DNA from: a virus
Lineage: Duplodnaviria > Caudoviricetes
Reading direction: 5' to 3' (one strand)
Length of the DNA stretch: 60,562 bases
Virus record (IMG/VR): IMGVR_UViG_3300046167_000012
Location: 1 to 60,562 of that record
Below are positions 18,436 to 26,579 of this stretch, piece by piece (position 1 is the first letter of the stretch; every line of letters starts with the position of its first letter). A model generated the notes under the pieces. The model searched no databases, was not told the DNA's origin, and worked only from the letters and a program-made list of their open reading frames with translations. The position numbers and the translations under genes are program-made.

Positions 18436-18873
18436 TTAAGCGATTCGAATAATAGCGTTCGAAGCGTCCGCTGCTGGGAACTGGATAGTAAACGTACCAG
18501 TTGTAGAAGTTTTGTCTGCTCCAAAGTCCAGAACTGCAACTGTAGGATCACCTGCAGTTGTGCTGTTATAGATTAACGCCCCACGAGCCGTAATTGTAGC
18601 TGATGTAAACGCAAGATCAGCGAAGTCTGTCAACGCTGTCGTACCTGAAGAAGTAGGTGTCACATTTGTAAGCGCGCCGCCTCCAGCAGAATAACTACCT
18701 GAGTTACTTACTTCGTTACTAGAAGTGTATGCGGTAGTCGCTTGGGTGAAAGATGCGCTATTTGTATATAGAGCAAGTTTGAACGCATTGCCTGAAGAGG
18801 CAGTGAAGTTGTGTTTACCTTGAAGAAGTTCTTTCTTGAACGATGTACACATGAAGTTACCTGAAAAGGCCAT
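18436..18873 (-). CDS. Virion structural protein
   Basis: MCTSFKKELL..HNF...FKLALY...YSAGG...ITARGALIYN...VLDFG; conserved phage pattern in the tail region. Confidence 0.6.
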   Translation of the reverse strand: MAFSGNFMCTSFKKELLQGKHNFTASSGNAFKLALYTNSASFTQATTAYTSSNEVSNSGSYSAGGGALTNVTPTSSGTTALTDFADLAFTSATITARGALIYNSTTAGDPTVAVLDFGADKTSTTGTFTIQFPAADASNAIIRIA

Positions 18874-19164
18874 TTAAAGTCTCCTAAGTTGGGTTGCGAG
18901 GTCAGGAAACCCAGCCTCTTGTAGTTTTACGCATGTTGTTGCGCGATCTTCCTTGACCGCTACTTTAATATAATGCGCGATAATTTGCAACATCTGCGAT
19001 TTGTACGCCTCTGCTTGCATTCGTATCTCGGGCGGGGCCGAAGCAGACACGCTCATTAGCTTGTCTACACACATTTCCGCTACAGAATCAGGACTATGCC
19101 CCCCTTTGTTAGCGGTGTGTACTTTTATGGCGTCAAAGCCAAAATCCATTTCAACTTGCATCAA
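18874..19164 (-). CDS. Hypothetical protein
   Basis: 96-aa ORF coupled to neighbours. Confidence 0.6.
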   Translation of the reverse strand: MMQVEMDFGFDAIKVHTANKGGHSPDSVAEMCVDKLMSVSASAPPEIRMQAEAYKSQMLQIIAHYIKVAVKEDRATTCVKLQEAGFPDLATQLRRL

Positions 19165-19796
19165 AGTCTCCCATCTCTGTACTCGTCTGTCGAGCTACGT
19201 ATTTGAACCCCGGTAAGCTGTCCAAGAGCTTCGTCGTAACGAGTAGTATATAATTGGATGAGGTCGGTCTCACCCTTCATGTATGTGTATGCCTCAATCA
19301 AAGAACCATAAAGCAGGGCAGATTCGGCGTTATCGCCATACCAAGATGTTCCTGCGGTAACGATTGAAGCTGGGTCGTAATAGTAGTGTAATTCTACTGT
19401 GTAGTTATTGTCAGGTGTTGGGCCAAGAATAAAGTTACCTTGCTCTCCTTCATAATCCCCGTCAAACTGTGCGTAGTACTTAGGTAGTCCAGAAGTGCTT
19501 GTTGAAGGGTAGGCTTCACGAATAAAGTTAACGTCTTTGTCTATAAGGAACGAATAATCCCCAGACGAATCTACGACAGACAAAGAAAACACAGAGATGA
19601 AATCTTCTGGCCGCGATAAATATATATTACCATTAGTAGTAAGTGCTGTAGCATTTTTACGTAGTTCAGGCACCATAATAGATCGGTTAAGGCGTTCTTC
19701 TGACTGCCTAACGAACGTAGGAATGTTAGAGACGAAGCTCGTCTCCTCATTCTGTGTATAATCTTTTATCGCTGCAACCAGCTCTGTGTAGTTCAT
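19161..19796 (-). CDS. Head-tail adaptor-like protein
   Basis: MNYTELVAAIKDY...GLPKYYA...LGPTPD..Y.VELHYY...LLYGSLIEA adaptor pattern. Confidence 0.65.
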   Translation of the reverse strand: MNYTELVAAIKDYTQNEETSFVSNIPTFVRQSEERLNRSIMVPELRKNATALTTNGNIYLSRPEDFISVFSLSVVDSSGDYSFLIDKDVNFIREAYPSTSTSGLPKYYAQFDGDYEGEQGNFILGPTPDNNYTVELHYYYDPASIVTAGTSWYGDNAESALLYGSLIEAYTYMKGETDLIQLYTTRYDEALGQLTGVQIRSSTDEYRDGRL

Positions 19797-19802
19797 CAGA
19801 AC

Positions 19803-20108
19803 TTACCCCATCTTACTATAGTTACCGCCTTGCGTAGCCTTACCCATACCACGGCATTTGCGGACCATGCCGCCGCCCATGCCCATTTTCTTAACTTTAC
19901 CGCCGTAAGCCATTTTCATAACTTCTCTTTCGCGGCCTTCCATTTCTTGAATACGGAAACCACTATCCAACGCATCCTTTTCCTTCTTAGTAGCTAGGTT
20001 TCTTGGACGAGGTTTAGGTGTTGGAGAGTTGGCAGGTGCGCCACCCTTCTTCTTTTTCTTTTTTAAGTTTTTTGGTCTAAGTTTAGGGGTCTGCATATTA
20101 GTCTCCAT
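19803..20108 (-). CDS. Small basic protein
   Basis: Poly-Lys; KMAYGG / KMGMGG; RGMGKATQG. Confidence 0.6.
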   Translation of the reverse strand: METNMQTPKLRPKNLKKKKKKGGAPANSPTPKPRPRNLATKKEKDALDSGFRIQEMEGREREVMKMAYGGKVKKMGMGGGMVRKCRGMGKATQGGNYSKMG

Positions 20109-20418
20109 CTGTTGTTGCTATGGTAACGCTTCCTACAGAGCCTACCATATATTGAGCCGGGTTCCAAATAGGATTCCAGCCAAATAAACCTCTTCCCGGA
20201 TTAACATCTGGGCGTGGGTTAAGTAAAGATTGCGGGTCTGCTGTGTTAACATCCCCAAGAAAGTTCTGTGGTTGATCAGGATCAAACACATCCTTGCCCA
20301 CACGTAGCCCTGTACGTACTCCATGTTGAACCTCATATATAAGGTCTTCCAGCTTGTAGCGAAACCCAGTCCGGTCACATATACCGTATGCGTGTTTACC
20401 ACTAGCGTAACCGGGCAT
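20098..20418 (-). CDS. Conserved phage protein (degenerate Zn-ribbon)
   Basis: YASGKHAYGICDRTGFRY...DPDQPQ...NPRPD. Confidence 0.6.
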   Translation of the reverse strand: MPGYASGKHAYGICDRTGFRYKLEDLIYEVQHGVRTGLRVGKDVFDPDQPQNFLGDVNTADPQSLLNPRPDVNPGRGLFGWNPIWNPAQYMVGSVGSVTIATTDGD

Positions 20419-21095
20419 TACATAGCTCCTCTAAACGGCACTATACGAAGGGTAGACCTATCTTGATCTTGATCTGCAGCTCTAAGGAATTGCTCTTCGT
20501 ACTCTTGTTTTAAAGGGCCAACTCTTTCTGCGACTTCGGGTTTTTTCATAGCGACATAGTATGCCAAACCAGACACAAGAGCAGGAATAAAACGAGGGGG
20601 TATAGAAGTAGTAGCCCCTCCAACACCGCTTGCCAGCCCATCTATACCTTTAAGGCGGTAGTAAGCCAACTTATATGTCGTAGCATCATTCGGTACAGGC
20701 CAAAGAGTAACTTGCACGTCTGTAGCATTGCGCTGTACGTATATTTGAGATGGGCGCCCTTGTGTATTCTTATTCCCTTGCTGTGAGTATGTAGAAACAC
20801 TCATACGTTGAATATACGAATCAAGTTGTTGCGCCGTGCCTTCGTCAGTGCGAAGTTGATGTTCAATTAGGTCAATAGTATCAGAAGGCAATGTATAAGT
20901 CGCTGTACCCGCAACAAGAGGTAGGGTTCCAGCCTCTATGGTAAATAGGTTCAAACCTCGGTTTTGCCACTCTAGCGTCATAATATTAAGGCTGCGACGG
21001 GCGGTTTTTAAGTCATACCCCGAACGCATTTCAAGTCCCGCACGTTCGTACGCCTCTTCAAATAATTCATTTAGCTCTGGTACAACAACTGCCAT
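20418..21095 (-). CDS. Head-tail connector/adaptor (P22 gp4 / T7 gp11-like)
   Basis: EEAYERAG...GYDLKTARRSLN...EWQNRGLNL; GRPSQ; LWPVP; GLAYY. Confidence 0.7.
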   Translation of the reverse strand: MAVVVPELNELFEEAYERAGLEMRSGYDLKTARRSLNIMTLEWQNRGLNLFTIEAGTLPLVAGTATYTLPSDTIDLIEHQLRTDEGTAQQLDSYIQRMSVSTYSQQGNKNTQGRPSQIYVQRNATDVQVTLWPVPNDATTYKLAYYRLKGIDGLASGVGGATTSIPPRFIPALVSGLAYYVAMKKPEVAERVGPLKQEYEEQFLRAADQDQDRSTLRIVPFRGAM

Positions 21096-21098
21096 GAT

Positions 21099-21350
21099 CT
21101 AAGTCTTTCTATACTTTGCCGTCTTCTTGGCTATCTTTTTAGGTTGTTTAGAAACCTGTTTACCTTTTTTAGTAGCCGCTCGTTTAGCCTTGGTAGTAGC
21201 AGCGTATTCTTTAGATGACAAAGCCTTTATAGCTTTAGCGGGTAGATACCGCTCACCTGTAGCCTTTTTCCCTTGCGTCGACGGCTTACCAGACTTTGTA
21301 CGCCATTTCTGCTTAGTCCAAGCCTTCAGGCTTTTCTGTGGCTTCTTCAC
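21099..21350 (-). CDS. Small highly basic protein
   Basis: QKSLKAWTKQKWRTKSGKPS...TGERYLP; very Lys-rich. Confidence 0.65.
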   Translation of the reverse strand: MKKPQKSLKAWTKQKWRTKSGKPSTQGKKATGERYLPAKAIKALSSKEYAATTKAKRAATKKGKQVSKQPKKIAKKTAKYRKT

Positions 21351-21589
21351 TTCTTGTAGCCCCCACCTTTAGCTTTATACTGTTTTGCAAGCATCTGAGC
21401 TTTACGTGCAGACCATTGTCCGGGTTTACCACCTTTACCACCAGCTTTAATCTTGTTGAACAATGCCTTGCGCATTGTGGGTTTAGTGTAATTACCAGCC
21501 TCGTTCACACGACTCTTGGCCTTACCACCCTTAGCCATAGCCGCTACAGGTCTACGAGGTATAGCTTTTGTGCCTCGTGTAGCAGGCAT
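21347..21589 (-). CDS. Small highly basic protein
   Basis: GNYTKPTMRK...GGKPGQWSARKAQMLAKQYKAKGGGY. Confidence 0.65.
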   Translation of the reverse strand: MPATRGTKAIPRRPVAAMAKGGKAKSRVNEAGNYTKPTMRKALFNKIKAGGKGGKPGQWSARKAQMLAKQYKAKGGGYKK

Positions 21590-21795
21590 TAGCGCATCAC
21601 CCCTTTAGTTTTACCTCTGCTACAACAGCCATCACCGCGGGTTACTTTGCCTCCGGGGGCCATCTTAGTAACTCTACCGCCGTAGTTGCATCCGCAGTTA
21701 GCTTTGCCACACGACGGACAGGTGCGTCCACCTTTGCCCATCTTTCTAACTCGATCACCGGAGAGTTGGCTCCCCATAGAACTACGTCCCATCAT
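21589..21795 (-). CDS. Small basic Cys-rich protein
   Basis: KMGKGG, CPSCGKANCGC, KMAPGG, RGDGCCSRGKTKG. Confidence 0.6.
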   Translation of the reverse strand: MMGRSSMGSQLSGDRVRKMGKGGRTCPSCGKANCGCNYGGRVTKMAPGGKVTRGDGCCSRGKTKGVMR

Positions 21796-21796
21796 G

Positions 21797-22090
21797 TCAA
21801 CATTTCCACCTTTTTCTAGCTTGCCGCAATCTACTGTTAGGGTTCTTGGCCGCTTTAGGGAACTGTTTCATCTGTCCCGCAGAACGTGCACAATAGGATT
21901 TACGTCGTTTAGCCGCCGCACTTCCTTTTTTAACCTTACCAGTAACGGCGGTCTTTAGTTTAGAGCCGGGGTTATCCCGGCGATATTTGGCCACACCTTT
22001 TTTAGTCATCCCCGCGCCAGATTTAGTTGGGCGTTTTTGACCACCTTTTATGGTGTGACCTTTCATTGTACCTTTTTTCTTAGCAGCCAT
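21797..22090 (-). CDS. Small highly basic protein
   Basis: GAGMTKKG...RRKSYCARS...NSRLRQARKRWKC. Confidence 0.65.
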   Translation of the reverse strand: MAAKKKGTMKGHTIKGGQKRPTKSGAGMTKKGVAKYRRDNPGSKLKTAVTGKVKKGSAAAKRRKSYCARSAGQMKQFPKAAKNPNSRLRQARKRWKC

Positions 22091-22091
22091 A

Positions 22092-22376
22092 TTACTCTAT
22101 AAGCAATGTCATTTTGTTTCCTGAACCTGTGAAGGCAGAAACAAAACAACCGTTATCAGCTAAAATACCGTCATTTGGAATATATACGTCGTTCCAACCA
22201 ACAGGTAGAGTTAGCTGTAATATAATAGGGCCAGTAGCTGACCCACTACGAATAGTAAAAGCAGCTGCAGATGCGGCGTTCACTAGAACCCCCTGCAGTC
22301 TACCGCGTGATGGGCCTACAAGTGCGGCGCTATCGCCTACCGCAAAGTTATAAGCTCGTACTTCTTGACCAGCCAT
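22092..22376 (-). CDS. Small virion-associated protein
   Basis: GRLQGV...YIPNDGIL beta-rich pattern; head gene cluster. Confidence 0.5.
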   Translation of the reverse strand: MAGQEVRAYNFAVGDSAALVGPSRGRLQGVLVNAASAAAFTIRSGSATGPIILQLTLPVGWNDVYIPNDGILADNGCFVSAFTGSGNKMTLLIE

Positions 22377-22379
22377 AAT

Positions 22380-22565
22380 CTAGTCCTTTTTCTTTGCAGG
22401 ACGGCCACGTTTCTTAACAGGTTTTTCTTCCCACGCCTCATTTACATCAGGTGTAGAAGGGTCATCTGCTTGAAGAGTGCCATCTTTTTTTCGTGCGCGA
22501 ACTTTAACAGTACCAATTCCTCGGGCTGCTAGTTCTTCTTCGGATGGAGGTGCAAATCTACTCAT
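22380..22565 (-). CDS. Small protein with RAR..DG...ADDPSTPDVNEAW motif
   Basis: 61-aa ORF with a basic KKRGRP tail. Confidence 0.55.
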   Translation of the reverse strand: MSRFAPPSEEELAARGIGTVKVRARKKDGTLQADDPSTPDVNEAWEEKPVKKRGRPAKKKD

Positions 22566-22576
22566 TAGGTACCCCC

Positions 22577-22801
22577 TTATGATGCTGCTATTGTGCCGCC
22601 TGTGTCAGAACGCTTCCAGTTTGTTCCGTCAGAGAAAGCCAATATCGCAGAACCTGCTGCGCCATTTGAAACAAATACAACAGTACCTGCGCCAGCGGCT
22701 GAAGCTGAAGGTGCGTTTGCTACGGTGTAAGTTGGGACGACGATGTCGCCAATAAAGCCAGCAGTTGAAGTCACTGGACCTGAAAATGTAGTCGATGCCA
22801 T
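22577..22801 (-). CDS. Capsid decoration/fibre-like small protein
   Basis: MASTTFSGPV...PTYTVANAPSA...FSDGTNW; first gene after the capsid terminator. Confidence 0.5.
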   Translation of the reverse strand: MASTTFSGPVTSTAGFIGDIVVPTYTVANAPSASAAGAGTVVFVSNGAAGSAILAFSDGTNWKRSDTGGTIAAS

Positions 22802-22919
22802 TTTAGTACCCTTTGCATAAGGATTCGCCTTGTAGTCTATGCAACGTCAGGTGGGTATATAGACCTGTCTACAAAGCTAATGTTGTACCCGTTAACGGGA
22901 TCATACAACACCTTTACAC

Positions 22920-22950
22920 AAAAAGAAAGCCCCACCGAAGCGGAGCCTTC
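22920..22950 (-). terminator. Rho-independent terminator after the major capsid gene
   Basis: GAAGGCTCCGC-TTCG-GTGGGGCTTTC followed by a T-run on the minus strand. Confidence 0.85.
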
Positions 22951-22970
22951 TAAATTTAAGTATTAGGAGC

Positions 22971-23876
22971 TTACGCGCCTTGTGATCCGTAGATACCTAA
23001 TGGGTCAGAAACACCGAAGCTGTAACGCTCACGCGCTTTGTAGCGCACGTTTCCAGTGTCGAAGTCTCCATCCATTCCTGTAGCCATCGCAGAACGTACG
23101 AAATGCTTCATGCCGTTAGGGATGTCTGTAGTCAGGAACCAAGCGTCAGCGTCTGTAAGATAGTGGTTTACGCCATATCCTTCAGGAACTGCACCGTTTG
23201 AACTGATAGCGTTAATATCGTTATCAGCTGTACCTACACGTAGAGTTGTTTCCAACAAACGAGTCGCTACGAACTGTAGAGCAGACGGGATGATTAGCTT
23301 TTTAGCGCGAGCTGCGATAAGTAAGCCACGTTCGTCTGTGTACGCTGCGATGTCGATAATCGCTTGTTCAAGAGAAGTCTCGTTAAGGTCAGCACTAACC
23401 GCTGGACGGTTAGAGTTTGTGCCGCCACCAACTGTTGGATGTGCAGTACTGAACAATGTTACACCATCACCAGATTGGAAAGTGTCAAAGCCCGTGTTGA
23501 GCAATGAAGCAGCTTTAACCTGCTTAGTGTAAGCCATAGCGCGAGCTAAAGCTTTTGTGTAACGTGAAGACAAAGAATCGTATAAGTTATCTTCCATCGC
23601 TTCTTCAGTGATGGCGAAACCCATAGCGATGGTTTCGTGTGTGTAGCGAGCTGTGAACGCCTCTTGCGCATTATCGTACGCAATAGATGAACCTTCAGCT
23701 TTTGTTGGTGCTGCACCGAAACCAGACAATTTAACTTCTTCTTCAAAGCTGCGCTCTGAATTTTCTGTCTCATAGATGTCTGCATGTTCGTTTTCGTATT
23801 TACCGTACTCAAGCCCAAATAAGGCATTAAGTCCGGGTAAGAGCTCTTTAAGCGCCTGTGCGCGTGAAATAGCCAT
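22971..23876 (-). CDS. Major capsid protein
   Basis: MAISRAQALKELLPGLNALFGLEY...FAITEEAMEDNLY...GDFDTGNVRYKARERYSFG; followed by a terminator. Confidence 0.88.
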   Translation of the reverse strand: MAISRAQALKELLPGLNALFGLEYGKYENEHADIYETENSERSFEEEVKLSGFGAAPTKAEGSSIAYDNAQEAFTARYTHETIAMGFAITEEAMEDNLYDSLSSRYTKALARAMAYTKQVKAASLLNTGFDTFQSGDGVTLFSTAHPTVGGGTNSNRPAVSADLNETSLEQAIIDIAAYTDERGLLIAARAKKLIIPSALQFVATRLLETTLRVGTADNDINAISSNGAVPEGYGVNHYLTDADAWFLTTDIPNGMKHFVRSAMATGMDGDFDTGNVRYKARERYSFGVSDPLGIYGSQGA

Positions 23877-23889
23877 GTGTTATCCCTCC

Positions 23890-24495
23890 TTACAAGCCAA
23901 CAGCGTTAGTCATGCTGCTGTAGCCGGGGTTGAGTTTAACCAAAAGATCAGGGAACGCATCACCAATAGGTGATACAGCGGCCACGATACGGAAGGCGGC
24001 GGTAGTAGTCTTTGTTGTCGCGTCGACAGCACTTGTAGAGTTACCAGTAGAAGTGTTGCCAGTAGACGTAGACTGAGCAGCTGCGAAGAAAGTGTTCGCA
24101 CCTATGTCAGATTGGTCCATAGCGCCATCTGCTTGTACTTGGAATAGTACGTTTGGATCGTCTACAACTAACGCTTTTGCGTTAAGAGCGCCCGCTGGGT
24201 AGTATTGCGAGTGTACGGTCTGACCAAGGTCATTTACGTACTCACAACCCACAAACACACCAAGAGAACCCGTTAGAGTTGTTCCTGTTGGTAATGCGTT
24301 TGTAGTACCGTCGGCACCTGTTGCGGTTGATAGTGCGATGTAACCATCAGCACCGATATGAACGACTTGGCCGTAGAAAAGGTTTGTTGCCTCTCCAGCG
24401 GGGTCGATCAGAAACTGGGATGTCGCCCCAGCGTAGGCCATTCCGTCGGCACGTTTTACCGGCTTTAGACCATAGGGAGCAGCTGTAGTAGCCAT
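23890..24495 (-). CDS. Minor capsid/cement protein
   Basis: APYGLKP...GVFVGCEY...VVDDPNVLFQVQAD; directly upstream of the MCP. Confidence 0.65.
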   Translation of the reverse strand: MATTAAPYGLKPVKRADGMAYAGATSQFLIDPAGEATNLFYGQVVHIGADGYIALSTATGADGTTNALPTGTTLTGSLGVFVGCEYVNDLGQTVHSQYYPAGALNAKALVVDDPNVLFQVQADGAMDQSDIGANTFFAAAQSTSTGNTSTGNSTSAVDATTKTTTAAFRIVAAVSPIGDAFPDLLVKLNPGYSSMTNAVGL

Positions 24496-24559
24496 GATGC
24501 TCTTCCTCCAGATTTATTTACTTTTGAAGTAAAGAGCCTCATTGCCCCTTACCATATAG

Positions 24560-24988
24560 TTACCGCGAACTACGCTCAGGTTTAAGCATAGGCATCCGCG
24601 GGTCAGACTCACGCATGTAGTTTCTATCGACAGCTTCAGCCTGATTTTGTGCAGACTCAAGTTGACCATGGATACGATCGTCCCTTAGTTCGGTCGGGAT
24701 AGCGCAAAGCAATAACCCACCAACTTCGATATTGTCTTTAAAACGAGAATCAATATCTGACATGATGTGTAGCTCAGGATAATCCACTGCCTTTACGGGC
24801 ACATAGCCATCACGAAATCTCCCAGAAACATTTGTCATATCTGCATTACCCAATGTAGCTGTGCGAATCCAGCGGAACGAAAGTCCGTCTCGTGGTTCGG
24901 GGGTAGGTAGCATTGACGAGCGCTTCCAAGGTTTACGACGTTCTTCCGCTTCGCGGGTTTCAGTTGTACGAGGTTTTCTATCAGCCAT
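24560..24988 (-). CDS. Conserved head-cluster protein
   Basis: FRWIR...NVSGRFRDGY.PV...IEVGGLLLC. Confidence 0.6.
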   Translation of the reverse strand: MADRKPRTTETREAEERRKPWKRSSMLPTPEPRDGLSFRWIRTATLGNADMTNVSGRFRDGYVPVKAVDYPELHIMSDIDSRFKDNIEVGGLLLCAIPTELRDDRIHGQLESAQNQAEAVDRNYMRESDPRMPMLKPERSSR

Positions 24989-25940
24989 TTTGCATATCCT
25001 TTAGCTTTTGCGCCGCATATTCTTTATTAGATAATCCAAGGCGCTTGGCGATTGCGGCCTCAGATGAGGTGATGACAACTTTATTGCGTGATGCGGCGGT
25101 ACTTCTACCACCCGGGGCCACCACGGAGCCAGCTTTACGTTGTGGTTGTCGAACCTCTGGTTCCACGTCCGCAAAGCGATCTGGGTATCGAGACCGCATG
25201 GCCTCGTTTATCTTACTATAGTACACATCGGACGTAGAATCAACGCCTGTCTCTAATAGTTCTTCGTGTATGAGCATAGCGTACCTTGTCATACCCGTGT
25301 CTTTCTGGAACCAATCGTTCTCAGCTACCCATTCCTGTGCTTTACGATCTGGTACAGGAACACGAGGCGCTGCTTGTGGTGCTGGAGCTCGAGACTGGTC
25401 TTGTACAACCTTCTCTGCTGGTTTCCAGTTTTCTACACGATCAGCTTCAAGTTGTAGCTTAGACAATGACATCTGCGCTTCTAGCACAGCATCAGTATCC
25501 CCAGCCTCATAAGCCTCTTTATAAGCTCGTTTCGCGCTGTTAAGTTCTGATGCTACTCGTGCCTTGGCTTCATTAACCAATACACCTTCACCTTCAGAAA
25601 GGTTTTTACGGAGGCGTTCAGCTTCGTTCTTCTGCGATTCTGCATACTGAACTGCCGCTTCACGTTCTCGCTCGGCTTCTTCCTTACGACGACGTTCTTC
25701 GTGGTACTCGAACTTTAGCTTCTTGATACGTTTTTGTACCGAGTCGCTGTGTTTTTCAAGTTCCTCGTCTTCTGGGATATCTGCTTCAGCATCAGATGCC
25801 CGACGTGGACGACCTTTGTCCTCTTCAGGAGTATCGTCAGCTATTTCAACTTCGAAATCATCTTCGCCTTCAACGTCTACTTCTAACGCTCCAGCTTCAA
25901 TTACGTCCTCTTCAACGATTTTTTCTACTTCTTCACTCAT
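24981..25940 (-). CDS. Scaffolding protein
   Basis: Acidic N-terminus; coiled coil (VQKRIKKL); WVAENDWF; C-terminal IAKRLGLS..EYA. Confidence 0.7.
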   Translation of the reverse strand: MSEEVEKIVEEDVIEAGALEVDVEGEDDFEVEIADDTPEEDKGRPRRASDAEADIPEDEELEKHSDSVQKRIKKLKFEYHEERRRKEEAEREREAAVQYAESQKNEAERLRKNLSEGEGVLVNEAKARVASELNSAKRAYKEAYEAGDTDAVLEAQMSLSKLQLEADRVENWKPAEKVVQDQSRAPAPQAAPRVPVPDRKAQEWVAENDWFQKDTGMTRYAMLIHEELLETGVDSTSDVYYSKINEAMRSRYPDRFADVEPEVRQPQRKAGSVVAPGGRSTAASRNKVVITSSEAAIAKRLGLSNKEYAAQKLKDMQNG

Positions 25941-26305
25941 GCTCTACTATACCCCCGTGGGTCTTCGACTACCGCTTCAACAGTATCGTCGTTGATAATA
26001 CGGAACTCTTTGTTGTGTAATTTAAAACGTGTACCTGAATACGAACGGAAGATGATAAAATCACCTTTTTCGCACCAAGGTCCATTCGGGAACCGCTCTT
26101 TGTCGGTATAGGCTTCAGCGCCTACACTTATGACATAGCCAATGATGGTAGCGGTTTCTTCCATCTTGGTTAGAGAATCCGGCATATAAACACCGCCCTC
26201 TGTCTTGCCATCTAGTTCTGGGATTGCGATAAGCAGTTTATAACCTTTCGGTTCTGGCAACTTCGCCAATGTCTGCTCGTCATCTACTTTGTCGGTAGCG
26301 TACAT
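25937..26305 (-). CDS. groES: Co-chaperonin GroES
   Basis: P.GYKLLI...KTEGGVYMPD mobile loop...VISVG...GDFIIFRSYSG...RIINDD.V.AVV. Confidence 0.88.
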   Translation of the reverse strand: MYATDKVDDEQTLAKLPEPKGYKLLIAIPELDGKTEGGVYMPDSLTKMEETATIIGYVISVGAEAYTDKERFPNGPWCEKGDFIIFRSYSGTRFKLHNKEFRIINDDTVEAVVEDPRGYSRA

Positions 26306-26390
26306 TTTAGTCTCCTGCAGTGATTAAAGGCTCACAGCGCCCTTTGCGTGGATTATTCCACGTTATGTCATATATCTACACGTAAGATAT

Positions 26391-26579
26391 CTAATCTTCA
26401 ATATACCTTTGTTCAATATCTTTTACATCATTACGTATAATAGTTAATGCTTCATACTTTCCTACTAGCTTCCAATAGGTTTCTTGATCTTTTGCGCCGC
26501 CATTTGCTAAATGTTCGGCGATAGACGTGCGACTTTCTTCAAGTCGGGTTAGTACATGGTGAAATACAGTATCAGCCAT
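26391..26579 (-). CDS. Hypothetical protein
   Basis: 62-aa ORF overlapping the portal stop; LANGG.KD...Y..LVG. Confidence 0.6.
   Translation of the reverse strand: MADTVFHHVLTRLEESRTSIAEHLANGGAKDQETYWKLVGKYEALTIIRNDVKDIEQRYIED

Noticed and set aside
22813-22877. Hammerhead ribozyme or SAM-II riboswitch
   Set aside because: CUGACG and GAAU do not match the CUGANGA/GAAA core, and SAM-II conserved nucleotides are not evident. Kept only as an unnamed pseudoknot.
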